Assembly: GCA_964630485.1 (NCBI GenBank) | Contig: CAZVUZ010000001.1 | Coordinates: 3,472 to 67,471 of the forward strand | Origin: an uncultured Ignavibacteriales bacterium | Lineage (GTDB): Bacteria; Zixibacteria; MSB-5A5; GN15; FEB-12 | Direction of reading: 5' to 3' | Length of the DNA stretch: 64,000 nt | Part shown: one piece after another, positions 7,442 to 17,866 of the stretch | Layout of the letters: each line of letters begins with the position of its first letter | Numbering within the stretch: position 1 is the first letter of the stretch | The notes under the pieces: generated by a model | Told to the model about the DNA's origin: nothing | Database searches by the model: none | The model's input: the letters and a program-made list of their open reading frames with translations, nothing else | Made by a program: the position numbers and the translations under genes

Positions 7442-8935
7442 TTGTTTGAGAAATATCTCAATTTCGTGCGCGGCGTCTCGGCGACCTGGTATGGCAAACT
7501 GGGTGTGATTCTCACAACCTCGTCTTTCGCGACGCTGGTCCTGCTGGAACTGGCCCGGTTGGCGGGTATAGTTACCAACACCTATGTCGGGCTGGTGACC
7601 TACCTGCTGTTTCCGACCCTGTTCGTAATCGGCCTGGTACTCATTCCACTGGGATGGTTTAAGCTCAAACGCCTTACCGGCAAATCGACCCGTGAGTTGC
7701 TCCTCGGCAGGTTCGAGGCCGCCGCAACGGGCGAGGGTTTCTTCGGCTCGCGGCTTTTTCGGACGATTGTCATCTTTTCGCTGATCAATATCATATTTCT
7801 GGGAGGGATAAGTTCCCAGATGCTGAGTTTCATGGATGAGCCGGTGTTTTGCGGAACAGCCTGCCACAGTGTGATGAATCCCGAGTGGACCACATATCAG
7901 GACTCGCCGCACGCCCGCGTGAGATGCGTCGACTGCCATGTCGGGGAGGGTGTCGATGCCCTGCTCGACTCCAAACTCAACGGAATCTGGCAAATGGTAT
8001 CGGTGACCTTCGATTTGCTCGAACGCCCGATTCCGACTCCCGTGCGTCAACTTCGGCCGGCCCGTGAGACCTGCGAGAATTGCCACTGGCCGGAGAAGTT
8101 TTATGGGAGCCGCCTTAAGACCATCGTGTCCTATCAGCCGGATTCGGCATCGACACCGCTGTTTACTACCCTGGCACTGAAAGTCGATGCCGGGAGAGGG
8201 GGCGAAAAGGCCGGTATACATTGGCACATCGGAGCGGAGACCGAAGTGCGCTATGTCTCGATCGACGACGAGCGCGAGCAGATTGTGTGGACCGAAGTCC
8301 GCCGCCCCGACGGCAGTTATCATCGGTATACCAATAAAGAGCTGGCCGAGGCCGGATACGGGGATGTCAAAGCGCGAGTAATGGACTGCGTCGACTGCCA
8401 CAACCGCGCCACCCATATTTACGAAGACGCCGACCGGGCACTCGATGAGCGGATTCGGCGTGGACTTCTTACGCGAACGCTTCCCTACCTGAAACGGGAG
8501 GCCCTCCACGCCATTTCTAATGATTACGGCGACTCGATGGCGGTGATGCAAGGCATTGAGAATCAACTGAACGGTTTCTATCGAAGCAATTATCCCGATC
8601 TGGCGCTGAGCAATATGGATGCCATCGATTCGGTGATAGCGGTGCTTCAGGGTGTTCATCTTAGAAATATCCATCCCGAAATGAACATAACCTGGGGCTC
8701 TTATCCGAGCCACATCGGGCACGTCGGAGACGGAGGCTGTTTCAGGTGCCATAATCCTGATCTGGTCGATGAGGAGGGGGGGGAAGTTGAATACGATTGC
8801 ACCCTCTGTCATTCGATTCTGGCCTATGATGAGGATGAACCGTTTGAATATGTGCTCCCGCTGGATACGGCCGATATTGAGGCGCCGGTGCACCGGTATC
8901 TCCGCCAGGAGTTTTTGCTGTCGTATCGCCACTGA
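7442..8935 (+). CDS. Membrane-anchored hexahaem cytochrome c with a NapC/NirT/NrfH-like N-terminal haem pair
   Basis: Three N-terminal hydrophobic helices, then six CxxCH motifs: CGTACH, CVDCH, CENCH, CVDCH, CFRCH, CTLCH. TTG start lies 10 nt after the stop of the octahaem gene, with AGGGGTGG upstream. Confidence 0.8.
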   Translation: MFEKYLNFVRGVSATWYGKLGVILTTSSFATLVLLELARLAGIVTNTYVGLVTYLLFPTLFVIGLVLIPLGWFKLKRLTGKSTRELLLGRFEAAATGEGFFGSRLFRTIVIFSLINIIFLGGISSQMLSFMDEPVFCGTACHSVMNPEWTTYQDSPHARVRCVDCHVGEGVDALLDSKLNGIWQMVSVTFDLLERPIPTPVRQLRPARETCENCHWPEKFYGSRLKTIVSYQPDSASTPLFTTLALKVDAGRGGEKAGIHWHIGAETEVRYVSIDDEREQIVWTEVRRPDGSYHRYTNKELAEAGYGDVKARVMDCVDCHNRATHIYEDADRALDERIRRGLLTRTLPYLKREALHAISNDYGDSMAVMQGIENQLNGFYRSNYPDLALSNMDAIDSVIAVLQGVHLRNIHPEMNITWGSYPSHIGHVGDGGCFRCHNPDLVDEEGGEVEYDCTLCHSILAYDEDEPFEYVLPLDTADIEAPVHRYLRQEFLLSYRH

Positions 8936-8964
8936 AGCCTTCGGCCCTGGCTGAGACGATTCCG

Positions 8965-9005
8965 GTGATGGTCGCCATCGGGAGTGGTGACCATCACTTT
9001 TTTTT
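8965..9005 (+). terminator. Rho-independent terminator after the cytochrome operon
   Basis: 9-bp stem gtgatggtc / gaccatcac followed by eight T. Confidence 0.7.
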
Positions 9006-9101
9006 GATCGACTCGGGGAACAATTTCCTTATCCGATATGTACTTAGGTAACCAGGGCGGGGAGTGACGGAAGATGTGCTCGGGCAGGCGGCAATCTTGT
9101 C

Positions 9102-9130
9102 TTGCATCGCTGTTAAGTCTGTGGTATCTT
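9102..9130 (+). promoter_or_regulatory. Candidate sigma70-type promoter for smg-coaBC
   Basis: TTGCAT-N17-TATCTT, about 35 nt upstream of the smg ATG. Sequence match only. Confidence 0.3.
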
Positions 9131-9163
9131 CCCGGTAACCGACAACTTAGATTAGGTAGTGGA

Positions 9164-9637
9164 ATGAGAGACAGAATTCTTGAGATCGTTGTTTTCCTGA
9201 TGGACTATATGCGTGATAGCCGTGACCCGGGTCCGGAAACAGAAGACTTTTCTTCGACGCTAAAGCACATGGGTTACTCGGAAAACGAGATTTCTTCCGC
9301 TTATTTCTGGTTAATGAACCGCTTTGATGACACCCCGGAACAGCTTTTCGCCGAGTTTCCGGATCATTATCATGCCAACCGCATTCTCACTACTTCCGAA
9401 CGCGTCCGGCTGACGACCGAGGCTCACGGATTCCTGGTCAAACTGCTTAATTTGTCGCTGATTGACAGCGAGCAAATGGAGAACATTCTGGAGCGAATCG
9501 CTGTATTCGGCGCCGATCCGGTGAATGTCGAGCAGGTTAAGATTATCGCCTCGACGGTTGTCTTCCGCGAGTTCGACGATTTCGGGACCCTGGATCTGGA
9601 GGATCCCGACAGCAGTCGGTCAATTCTGATCAATTGA
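9164..9637 (+). CDS. smg: Smg (DUF494) family protein
   Basis: MRDRILEIVVFLMDYM... N-terminus and size (about 157 aa) are typical of Smg. The ORF is open from 9074, but that extension is Cys/Arg-rich and not Smg-like. Confidence 0.7.
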   Translation: MRDRILEIVVFLMDYMRDSRDPGPETEDFSSTLKHMGYSENEISSAYFWLMNRFDDTPEQLFAEFPDHYHANRILTTSERVRLTTEAHGFLVKLLNLSLIDSEQMENILERIAVFGADPVNVEQVKIIASTVVFREFDDFGTLDLEDPDSSRSILIN

Positions 9638-9643
9638 TCCTAA

Positions 9644-10207
9644 ATGACAGTTAAAGGCAAGAAAATACTGGTGGGCTTGACGGGCGGAATCGCCTGCTAT
9701 AAGGTCCCGTATCTGGTGCGTTTTCTGGTCAAGGACGGTGCCGAGGTGCAGGTGGTAATGACCGAGAGCGCGACGCGCTTTATCTCGCCGCTGACGCTGG
9801 AGACGCTTTCCAACCGGCCCGTAGCGGTGCACCTTTTCCCCGGCCACGAATTTGTCTCCACGCGTCATGTCGATGTGGCGCAATGGCCCGACCTGGTGGT
9901 GATCGCACCCGCCACGGCCAATTTCCTGGGTAAGGCGGCCTCGGGGATAAGCGACGATATGTTGACGACTGTGATCTGTGCCACACCGCGGCCGGTGATG
10001 GTGGCCCCCGCCATGAATCCCAACATGTGGCTCAACAAAGTTACCCAGCGCAACCTGGCCACCCTCAAAGAAGTCGGTTTTCATTTCATAGATCCCGACA
10101 ACGGCGAGATGGCCTGCGACGATGTCGGGGTCGGGCGCATGGCCGAACCGGAACAAATCTTCAACGCCGTCAAGGCGTTCTTCTCCACTCAAAAAAAAAA
10201 GTCCTGA
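9644..10207 (+). CDS. coaBC: CoaC (phosphopantothenoylcysteine decarboxylase flavoprotein) part of coaBC, ending prematurely after an A10 run
   Basis: KKILVGLTGGIACYKVPYLVRFL, PAMNPNMW and GEMACDDVGVGRMAEP motifs of the CoaC domain. The frame stops at 10205-10207 (..STQKKKS*). Confidence 0.8.
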   Translation: MTVKGKKILVGLTGGIACYKVPYLVRFLVKDGAEVQVVMTESATRFISPLTLETLSNRPVAVHLFPGHEFVSTRHVDVAQWPDLVVIAPATANFLGKAASGISDDMLTTVICATPRPVMVAPAMNPNMWLNKVTQRNLATLKEVGFHFIDPDNGEMACDDVGVGRMAEPEQIFNAVKAFFSTQKKKS

Positions 10208-10842
10208 CCGGTAAGAGGCTCATAATCACCGCCGGTCCCAGCCGGGAGGCGGTCGATCCCGTTCGTTTTATCAGCAATCACTCTTCCGGCAAGATGGGCT
10301 ATGCCCTCGCTGAGGCCGCCCTGGAACTGGGTGCCGAGACGGTGCTGATAACGGGTCCGACCGGTTTGACGCCGCCGGCGGGAGCACAGGTGATTCGTTT
10401 CGAGACCACGGCCGAGCTGCACCGGGCCGTGCTGGCCGAACTGGAGGCCGCCGACGGGCTCATCATGGCCGCCGCGCCGGCCGACTTTCGCCCCCGGAAG
10501 ACCGGTAAGTCAAAAATAAAACGCGGTTCCGACACCCTGGCGCTCGAACTCGAGCCAACGGAGGACATTCTCAAAGATGTTGCCCGCCATCGCAAAAAGG
10601 GGCAGGTGATAGTCGGTTTTGCCCTTGAGACCAACGATGGTGAGGCAAATGCCCGGCGCAAGCTTGAAGAGAAGCAACTCGATTTGATCATCCTCAACAC
10701 CGTCGGCGACGCCACCGGCTTCAATACCGATACCAATCAGGTAACAATAATCTCACCGGACGAACCACCAAAATCACTCCCTTTGTTGACTAAGCGGGTT
10801 GTTGGCGTTAAAATACTCCAACACATGGCAAAGCTGTTTTAA
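10189..10842 (+). CDS. coaBC: CoaB (phosphopantothenate-cysteine ligase) part of coaBC, in the -1 frame and without its own start codon
   Basis: SKKKVLTGKRLIITAGPSREAVDPVRFISNHSSGKMGYALAEAA is the canonical start of the CoaB domain. The only in-frame ATG (10027) lies 160 nt upstream, inside coaC, and encodes Arg-rich nonsense. Confidence 0.8.
   Translation, partial: SKKKVLTGKRLIITAGPSREAVDPVRFISNHSSGKMGYALAEAALELGAETVLITGPTGLTPPAGAQVIRFETTAELHRAVLAELEAADGLIMAAAPADFRPRKTGKSKIKRGSDTLALELEPTEDILKDVARHRKKGQVIVGFALETNDGEANARRKLEEKQLDLIILNTVGDATGFNTDTNQVTIISPDEPPKSLPLLTKRVVGVKILQHMAKLF
10191..10200 (+). repeat. A10 homopolymer at the coaC/coaB frame switch
   Basis: Ten consecutive A counted directly in the sequence (ccactc aaaaaaaaaa gtcctg). 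Confidence 0.95.
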
Positions 10843-10877
10843 CCTGAATAGGCCGGCAGGAGGCAGGGACGTACGAT

Positions 10878-11642
10878 ATGGACAGAGATTCTCTAAGTGT
10901 CTACGAAATGTTACGTCGGGCGCTCGCGGCCCAGGTGGATATGGGCATGGACGAAATCGTCCTTCGCCGCGAAGAGCCGCACCTCCAGCAGTTCGCCGAG
11001 ACCATCACGCCGCAGGAAAGCGCCCGGGTGGTCCCGGTCAAAGATCTGTTTGCCGCCGATGCGCCCCAGCCGATGCGGCCGCAGTTTCCGAATCTCCGGG
11101 ACCATTTCACGGCCATTTGCGAGTGTCAGAGCTGTCCATTGGGAGCGACGCGCAACAAGTTCGTCTATGGGGCGGGCAATCCGGACGCCGATTTGATGTT
11201 CATCGGTGAGGCGCCCGGGGCCGAGGAAGACCGCCGAGGAGAGCCGTTCGTCGGCCGCGCCGGGCAACTTCTGGATCGCATCCTGGCGGCGATAAATTTC
11301 ACCCGTGACGATGTCTATATCGGCAATATCCTTAAGTGTCGCCCGCCGAGCAACCGCGACCCTCAGCCCGATGAAATGGAAGCCTGTTTCCCGCATTTGA
11401 AACAGCAGATCGCCCTGATCCGGCCGAAATTGATCTGCGCCCTGGGGCGTATTTCGGCCCAGGCACTTTTGGCTACCAAGACTCCCCTGGGACGACTCCG
11501 CGGCCAGTGGCACGAATACGAGGGTGTCCCGATGATGGCCACCTACCACCCGGCGGCATTGCTCCGTTTCCCGGCCTACAAGAAAGACACCTGGGCCGAT
11601 ATGCAGATGCTTCGCGCCCGTTACGATGAATTGATGGGATAA
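10878..11642 (+). CDS. Uracil-DNA glycosylase, family 4
   Basis: [32 protein letters not shown] and HPAALLR motifs. Confidence 0.85.
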   Translation: MDRDSLSVYEMLRRALAAQVDMGMDEIVLRREEPHLQQFAETITPQESARVVPVKDLFAADAPQPMRPQFPNLRDHFTAICECQSCPLGATRNKFVYGAGNPDADLMFIGEAPGAEEDRRGEPFVGRAGQLLDRILAAINFTRDDVYIGNILKCRPPSNRDPQPDEMEACFPHLKQQIALIRPKLICALGRISAQALLATKTPLGRLRGQWHEYEGVPMMATYHPAALLRFPAYKKDTWADMQMLRARYDELMG

Positions 11643-13076
11643 ATGGCCTACCGCACGCAAGAGCAAAAGAAGGTTGACCGACTGCAGCCGCCGCAATCAG
11701 TGGAGGCGGAACAGGCGGTGCTGGGATGCATCCTCAAGGACGTCGCCGCCCTGCACGAGACCCTCGAGATTCTCAAAGAAGAAACGATTTTCTACGTTCC
11801 CAAGCATCAGATTATCTACCGCGTAATAATGAAGCTCTACGAGGATTCGGAACCGTGCGATATAACCACCGTGGCCAACGCGCTTCTGCAGGATGATCAC
11901 CTGACCCGCATCGGCGGTCGTGTCTATCTCGTCGAGCTTGTCGAGGGAGTGTCCTCGACGGCCAACGCGAAGAGCTACGCCGAGATTGTCCTCGACAAGT
12001 ATCTGCTCCGGCGGGTAATCGAAATCACCAACGAAATCAGCCGCAGTTGCTACAGTCTCGATCAACCCGTTGACGATTTGCTCGACCAGGCCGAGGCGGG
12101 AATTTTCCAACTCTCCGAGAAGAGGCTTCGCAAGGGGTTCATGCCCCTCAAATCGCTGATCCCGTCCACCTTTCAGGATATCGAGGATCTCCAGACACGC
12201 AGCAGCAGCCTGGAGGGTTTCAAGACCGGTTTCGAGCAACTTGATGTCATGACCAACGGTATGCACAAGGGCGAACTGATTATCGTGGCCGGCCGACCGT
12301 CCATGGGTAAATCAGCCTTTGTCATGAATATTGCCGAATATGTTGCCATCACGCAGAACAAATCGGTGGGCGTTTTTTCGGTTGAAATGTCAGCCCAGCA
12401 ACTGGCCCTGCGTTTGATGTGCGGGCGGGCCAAAGTGTCGCAGCAGAGACTGAGGGCCGGCAAACTCGGGGACGAGGAATGGCAGCGTCTGACCCGGGCC
12501 TGCGGGCCTCTTTCGGAAGCCGATATTTTTATTGATGATTCCGCGGCGTTGACCTCGCTCGAAATGAAAGCCAAGTCGCGTCGCCTCAAGGGTCAGCACG
12601 GTGTCGATTTGATCATCGTCGACTATATCCAGATGATGCAGGGACTGGGTCGTTTCGAGAATCGCCAGCAGGAAATCGCCAGTATTTCGCGGAATCTCAA
12701 GATCCTGGCGATGGAACTCGAGGTTCCGGTCATAGCCTGTTCCCAGCTGTCGCGACAGGTCGAACAGCGAGGCGGCGACAAGCGACCGCAGTTGTCGGAT
12801 CTCAGGGAGTCGGGCGCGATCGAGCAGGACGCCGATGTCGTCATGTTTGTCTATCGTCCCGAGCTTTATTACTCGCACCTGGAGAAGACCGATCCGAAGT
12901 ATCTGGAAGTGGCCGGGAAGGCCGAGATCATAGTATCCAAACAGCGCAACGGTCCCACCGGCGTGGCCCGGCTGGCCTTCGTCAAGGACTTCTCGCGCTT
13001 TGAAAATCTGGCCCAGCGTCCGGCCGAGTTGCCGCCGGATGCCGAGCCCGTGGATGAAGGAAACCCTCCTTTCTAG
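11643..13076 (+). CDS. dnaB: Replicative DNA helicase
   Basis: 477 aa. PPQSVEAEQAVLGCIL N-terminus, Walker A GRPSMGKSAF, and IVDYIQMM, SQLSRQVEQR, ESGAIEQDADVV motifs. Confidence 0.95.
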   Translation: MAYRTQEQKKVDRLQPPQSVEAEQAVLGCILKDVAALHETLEILKEETIFYVPKHQIIYRVIMKLYEDSEPCDITTVANALLQDDHLTRIGGRVYLVELVEGVSSTANAKSYAEIVLDKYLLRRVIEITNEISRSCYSLDQPVDDLLDQAEAGIFQLSEKRLRKGFMPLKSLIPSTFQDIEDLQTRSSSLEGFKTGFEQLDVMTNGMHKGELIIVAGRPSMGKSAFVMNIAEYVAITQNKSVGVFSVEMSAQQLALRLMCGRAKVSQQRLRAGKLGDEEWQRLTRACGPLSEADIFIDDSAALTSLEMKAKSRRLKGQHGVDLIIVDYIQMMQGLGRFENRQQEIASISRNLKILAMELEVPVIACSQLSRQVEQRGGDKRPQLSDLRESGAIEQDADVVMFVYRPELYYSHLEKTDPKYLEVAGKAEIIVSKQRNGPTGVARLAFVKDFSRFENLAQRPAELPPDAEPVDEGNPPF

Positions 13077-13083
13077 GGGAGAC

Positions 13084-13863
13084 ATGGAGTCAGGCTTAGC
13101 CATACTCGGACGCCGGGGTGTCCGGTTCATTGACAAAGTCGGGGGGGTGTTTATCCTCTTCGGGCAGTTTGTCGTCTCCCTCAAAGACGTCTGGCGTTCA
13201 CTGCACCTCATCGTCGAGCAGATTTATTCGCTGGGTGTGCGGTCGTTGCCGCTGATAATCATCATTTCGATTTTTGTCGGTGCCGTTTCGGCCTGGCAGG
13301 CGGCCTACCAATTTCAGTTTATCGGCGCACCCCTGCGGTATATCGGGCAGTCGGTGGGGAAGGCCATCGTCATCGAACTGGCTCCGGTGCTGTCCTCGCT
13401 GGTTTTTGCCGGACGCGTTGGGGCCGGCATTACCGCGGAGCTGGGCACCATGCGCGTCACCGAACAAATCGACGCTCTCGAATCGATGGGTATCTCACCG
13501 GTGCGCTATCTGGTCATGCCGCGCGTGCTGGCCTGCACCCTCATGGTCCCCTTCCTCGTGATGATCTCCGAATTCATCGCCATCATGGGCGGCCTGGGCA
13601 TCAGTATCATGGGCGTCGATATCTCGTCCGAGACTTTCCTCGGCGGTTTCCGTAGTTCCTTCTTGCTTCAGGATTTCATCAACGGTCTGATCAAGGCGGC
13701 CGTCTTCGGACTGGCCATCGGTCTGGTCGGCTGTTACGAGGGTTTCCAGACGCGCGGCGGCGCCGCGGGCGTGGGCAAAGCCACCACGAGTTCGGTGGTG
13801 ATCTCCTCGGTGCTGGTCCTCATATTCGACTTCATTTTCACCATCATCTTGTTCAGGATATAG
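13084..13863 (+). CDS. mlaE: ABC transporter permease, MlaE family
   Basis: Polytopic membrane protein with GAGITAELGTMRVTEQIDALESMGISP, the MlaE/Ttg2B signature. ATG at 13084 avoids overlap with dnaB; the ORF is open from 13000. Confidence 0.85.
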   Translation: MESGLAILGRRGVRFIDKVGGVFILFGQFVVSLKDVWRSLHLIVEQIYSLGVRSLPLIIIISIFVGAVSAWQAAYQFQFIGAPLRYIGQSVGKAIVIELAPVLSSLVFAGRVGAGITAELGTMRVTEQIDALESMGISPVRYLVMPRVLACTLMVPFLVMISEFIAIMGGLGISIMGVDISSETFLGGFRSSFLLQDFINGLIKAAVFGLAIGLVGCYEGFQTRGGAAGVGKATTSSVVISSVLVLIFDFIFTIILFRI

Positions 13864-13866
13864 GCC

Positions 13867-14622
13867 GTGGAAGACTCCTTCATCCAGATACAGGGATTGT
13901 ACAAGGGCTTCCAGTCACAGCCGGTCCTGCGAGGGGTGGACCTCACCATTCATCGCGGCGATTCGATCGTTATTATCGGCCAGAGCGGCTGTGGTAAATC
14001 GGTCCTGCTCAAGCATATCGTTCGGCTCCTGGAGCCGGATCAGGGACGGGTCGTTTTTGACGGCGAGGACATCGAGCACCTTAAGTTCTCACAACTGATT
14101 TCCGTGCGCCAGCGCATCGGCATGCTGTTTCAGTCGGCGGCGCTTTTCGATTCGATGACGGTTGCCGAAAACGTCGGCCTGGGGCTGAAAGAATCGCGGC
14201 GCTACAAAGAATCCGAGATACGTGAGTTAGTCCTGCAAAAACTCGGATTGGTGGGACTGGAGGACGCCGCCGACAAGAATCCATCGGAGCTTTCGGGCGG
14301 TATGCGTAAGCGCGTCGGTCTCGCCCGGGCCATTGCCGGCGACCCCGAGGTGATTCTCTATGACGAGCCCACCACCGGGCTGGATCCCATCACGGCCGAC
14401 ATGATTAACGAATTGATAATCGACCTGCACAAAAAGTTGAAAGTCACCTCGGTCTCGGTGACCCATGACATGACCTCTGCCTACAAGATCGCCGACCGCA
14501 TTGTCATGCTCCACGAGGGGCGGGTGGAGTTCGAGGGAACCCCGGACGAGGTCCGCAATACAGAAAACGCCGTCGTGAAGCAATTCATCACCGGCAGTGC
14601 CGTGGGGCCCATCACCGAGTAA
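13867..14622 (+). CDS. mlaF: ABC transporter ATP-binding protein, MlaF family
   Basis: Walker A GQSGCGKS, signature LSGGMRKRVGLARA and Walker B ILYDEPT. GTG start lies 1 nt after the mlaE stop. Confidence 0.85.
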   Translation: MEDSFIQIQGLYKGFQSQPVLRGVDLTIHRGDSIVIIGQSGCGKSVLLKHIVRLLEPDQGRVVFDGEDIEHLKFSQLISVRQRIGMLFQSAALFDSMTVAENVGLGLKESRRYKESEIRELVLQKLGLVGLEDAADKNPSELSGGMRKRVGLARAIAGDPEVILYDEPTTGLDPITADMINELIIDLHKKLKVTSVSVTHDMTSAYKIADRIVMLHEGRVEFEGTPDEVRNTENAVVKQFITGSAVGPITE

Positions 14623-14624
14623 CC

Positions 14625-15989
14625 ATGGTCACCGCGAAGAAAATCAAGACGGCCTTCTTTTGCTCGCAGTGCGGCGCCCAGCATCCCAAATGGCAGGGCC
14701 AGTGTCACGAATGCGGCGAGTGGAACACCCTGGTCGAAGAAAAAATCCCCGACAAACGGACCGCGGCCGCACCCGGCGGACCGGTCCGGGCGAAAAAGAT
14801 AAGTGAGATAGGTGCCGAGGCCAGCGGTGGGGTCAAATGCGGTATTGAAGAATTCGACCGCGTGCTCGGCGGGCGGCTTTTGCCGGGTATGACCGTCCTC
14901 CTCGGCGGCGAACCGGGGATAGGCAAGTCGACGCTGATTCTGCAGGCGGCCGAGGCCTATTCGAAGCAGGGCCTGGCGGTGCTCTATGTGACCGGTGAGG
15001 AATCTTTGCCGCAGATCAAACTCCGCGCCGACCGTCTCGGTGTGAGAGGTGACAGAGTTACGGTGGTCAATTCCACGTCGCTCGAAGAGATTACCGCCGC
15101 AGTCGGCACCGGCGAGTACCGGGTGGTGCTGGTCGATTCCATTCAGACCGTGGCCTCGGCCATGTTCCTGATGCAGCGCGTGAAGAGCCTTCGCATCATC
15201 GAGGCGGCCAGCCAGCTGATAAACCAGGCTAAGGCCGCGGGGCATGCACTGTTTTTGGGCGGGCACGTAACCAAGGACGGCATGGTGGCCGGGCCGAAGG
15301 TGCTCGAACACATGGTCGACACCGTGATATATTTCGAGGGCGATGCCGCCCATCTTTACCGTATGCTTCGCGCCACTAAGAACCGCTTCGGGTCTATCGC
15401 CGAGGTGGGTATCTTTGAGATGGCCGCCAGCGGACTGGTGGAGGTCGCCAACCCGTCCTCGATGTTTCTGGCGGGACGCGACGATCAGCGGCGCTCCGGG
15501 TCGGTGGTGACCGGCATTTGCGAGGGCAACCGGCCGATACTGGTCGAGGTGCAGGCGCTGGTGACCACGGCCAATTACGGCAACCCGCAACGGGTAGCGG
15601 GTGGTATCGACAACAAACGCCTCGCCTTGCTCCTGGCCATCCTCGAAAAACGCGGCGGCTATCCCATGGCCACGAACGATGTGTTCGTCTCTGTCGCCGG
15701 GGGGCTGAAACTTACCGAGCCGGCAGTGGATTTGCCGGTGCTGGCGGCGATTGCCTCGTCACTTATGAACCGCGCTGTCGATCCGCAAACGCTTCTCGTG
15801 GGCGAGGTGGGTCTCTCCGGCGAGGTGCGCGGGGTGACAAATATCGACCGGCGGGTGAGCGAGGCGGCCCGCATGGGTTTCAAGCGCATGATTCTCCCGA
15901 AGGCGAATCTTGACAAGATCGCCGGGCGACCGCTGGACCTTATCGGAGTCGCGGGTTTGCAAGATGCGCTCGAGATCGTGCTCGGTTAG
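14625..15989 (+). CDS. radA: DNA repair protein RadA/Sms
   Basis: N-terminal zinc finger CSQCGAQ..CHECGEW, Walker A GGEPGIGKST, the KNRFG motif and a Lon-like C-domain. Confidence 0.95.
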   Translation: MVTAKKIKTAFFCSQCGAQHPKWQGQCHECGEWNTLVEEKIPDKRTAAAPGGPVRAKKISEIGAEASGGVKCGIEEFDRVLGGRLLPGMTVLLGGEPGIGKSTLILQAAEAYSKQGLAVLYVTGEESLPQIKLRADRLGVRGDRVTVVNSTSLEEITAAVGTGEYRVVLVDSIQTVASAMFLMQRVKSLRIIEAASQLINQAKAAGHALFLGGHVTKDGMVAGPKVLEHMVDTVIYFEGDAAHLYRMLRATKNRFGSIAEVGIFEMAASGLVEVANPSSMFLAGRDDQRRSGSVVTGICEGNRPILVEVQALVTTANYGNPQRVAGGIDNKRLALLLAILEKRGGYPMATNDVFVSVAGGLKLTEPAVDLPVLAAIASSLMNRAVDPQTLLVGEVGLSGEVRGVTNIDRRVSEAARMGFKRMILPKANLDKIAGRPLDLIGVAGLQDALEIVLG

Positions 15990-16091
15990 TCGCGCTACCT
16001 TCTTTCCCGCTTGGCAAATCACCGACCATAACGTATTATCCCCATCAGAGATAACCGGGCACAAAAAACACCCGGATAGAAACAGCATTGA

Positions 16092-17725
<1,634 letters not shown>

Positions 17726-17866
17726 GTCAAAACCCCTGGCCCGCAGTCCCGACGAAGGTAAGTTCGGACTATCATTGGACATGACGAATCCCACCCAGAG
17801 GTTGGGGAACCAATCTCATCAGTCTTAGACTGTGCAGTGGCGTGCGACAGACAAGCAAAGCGTGCG

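Noticed and set aside
6641-8932. A 763-aa ORF on the - strand, the longest ORF in the region.
   Set aside because: It runs antisense across both multihaem cytochrome genes, whose CxxCH motifs and TM/signal features are unambiguous. Its translation is R/G/H/P-rich low-information sequence with no motifs. Long antisense open frames are expected in GC-rich coding DNA.
9074-9163. The extended N-terminus of smg from the ATG at 9074.
   Set aside because: The extra 30 residues (MCSGRRQSCLASLLSLWYLPGNRQLRLGSG) are not Smg-like and would cover the candidate promoter. The ATG at 9164 gives the canonical MRDRILEIV start.
10027-10188. The ATG at 10027 as a genuine independent start for the CoaB-domain ORF.
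   Set aside because: The first 54 codons lie entirely inside the CoaC-coding frame and translate to Arg/Gln/Gly-rich sequence with no CoaB similarity. CoaB homology begins exactly at the A10 tract, so a frameshift, real or artefactual, is the simpler reading.
14481-15590. A 369-aa ORF on the - strand.
   Set aside because: It is antisense to radA (zinc finger, Walker A and KNRFG on the + strand). It has shadow ORF composition.
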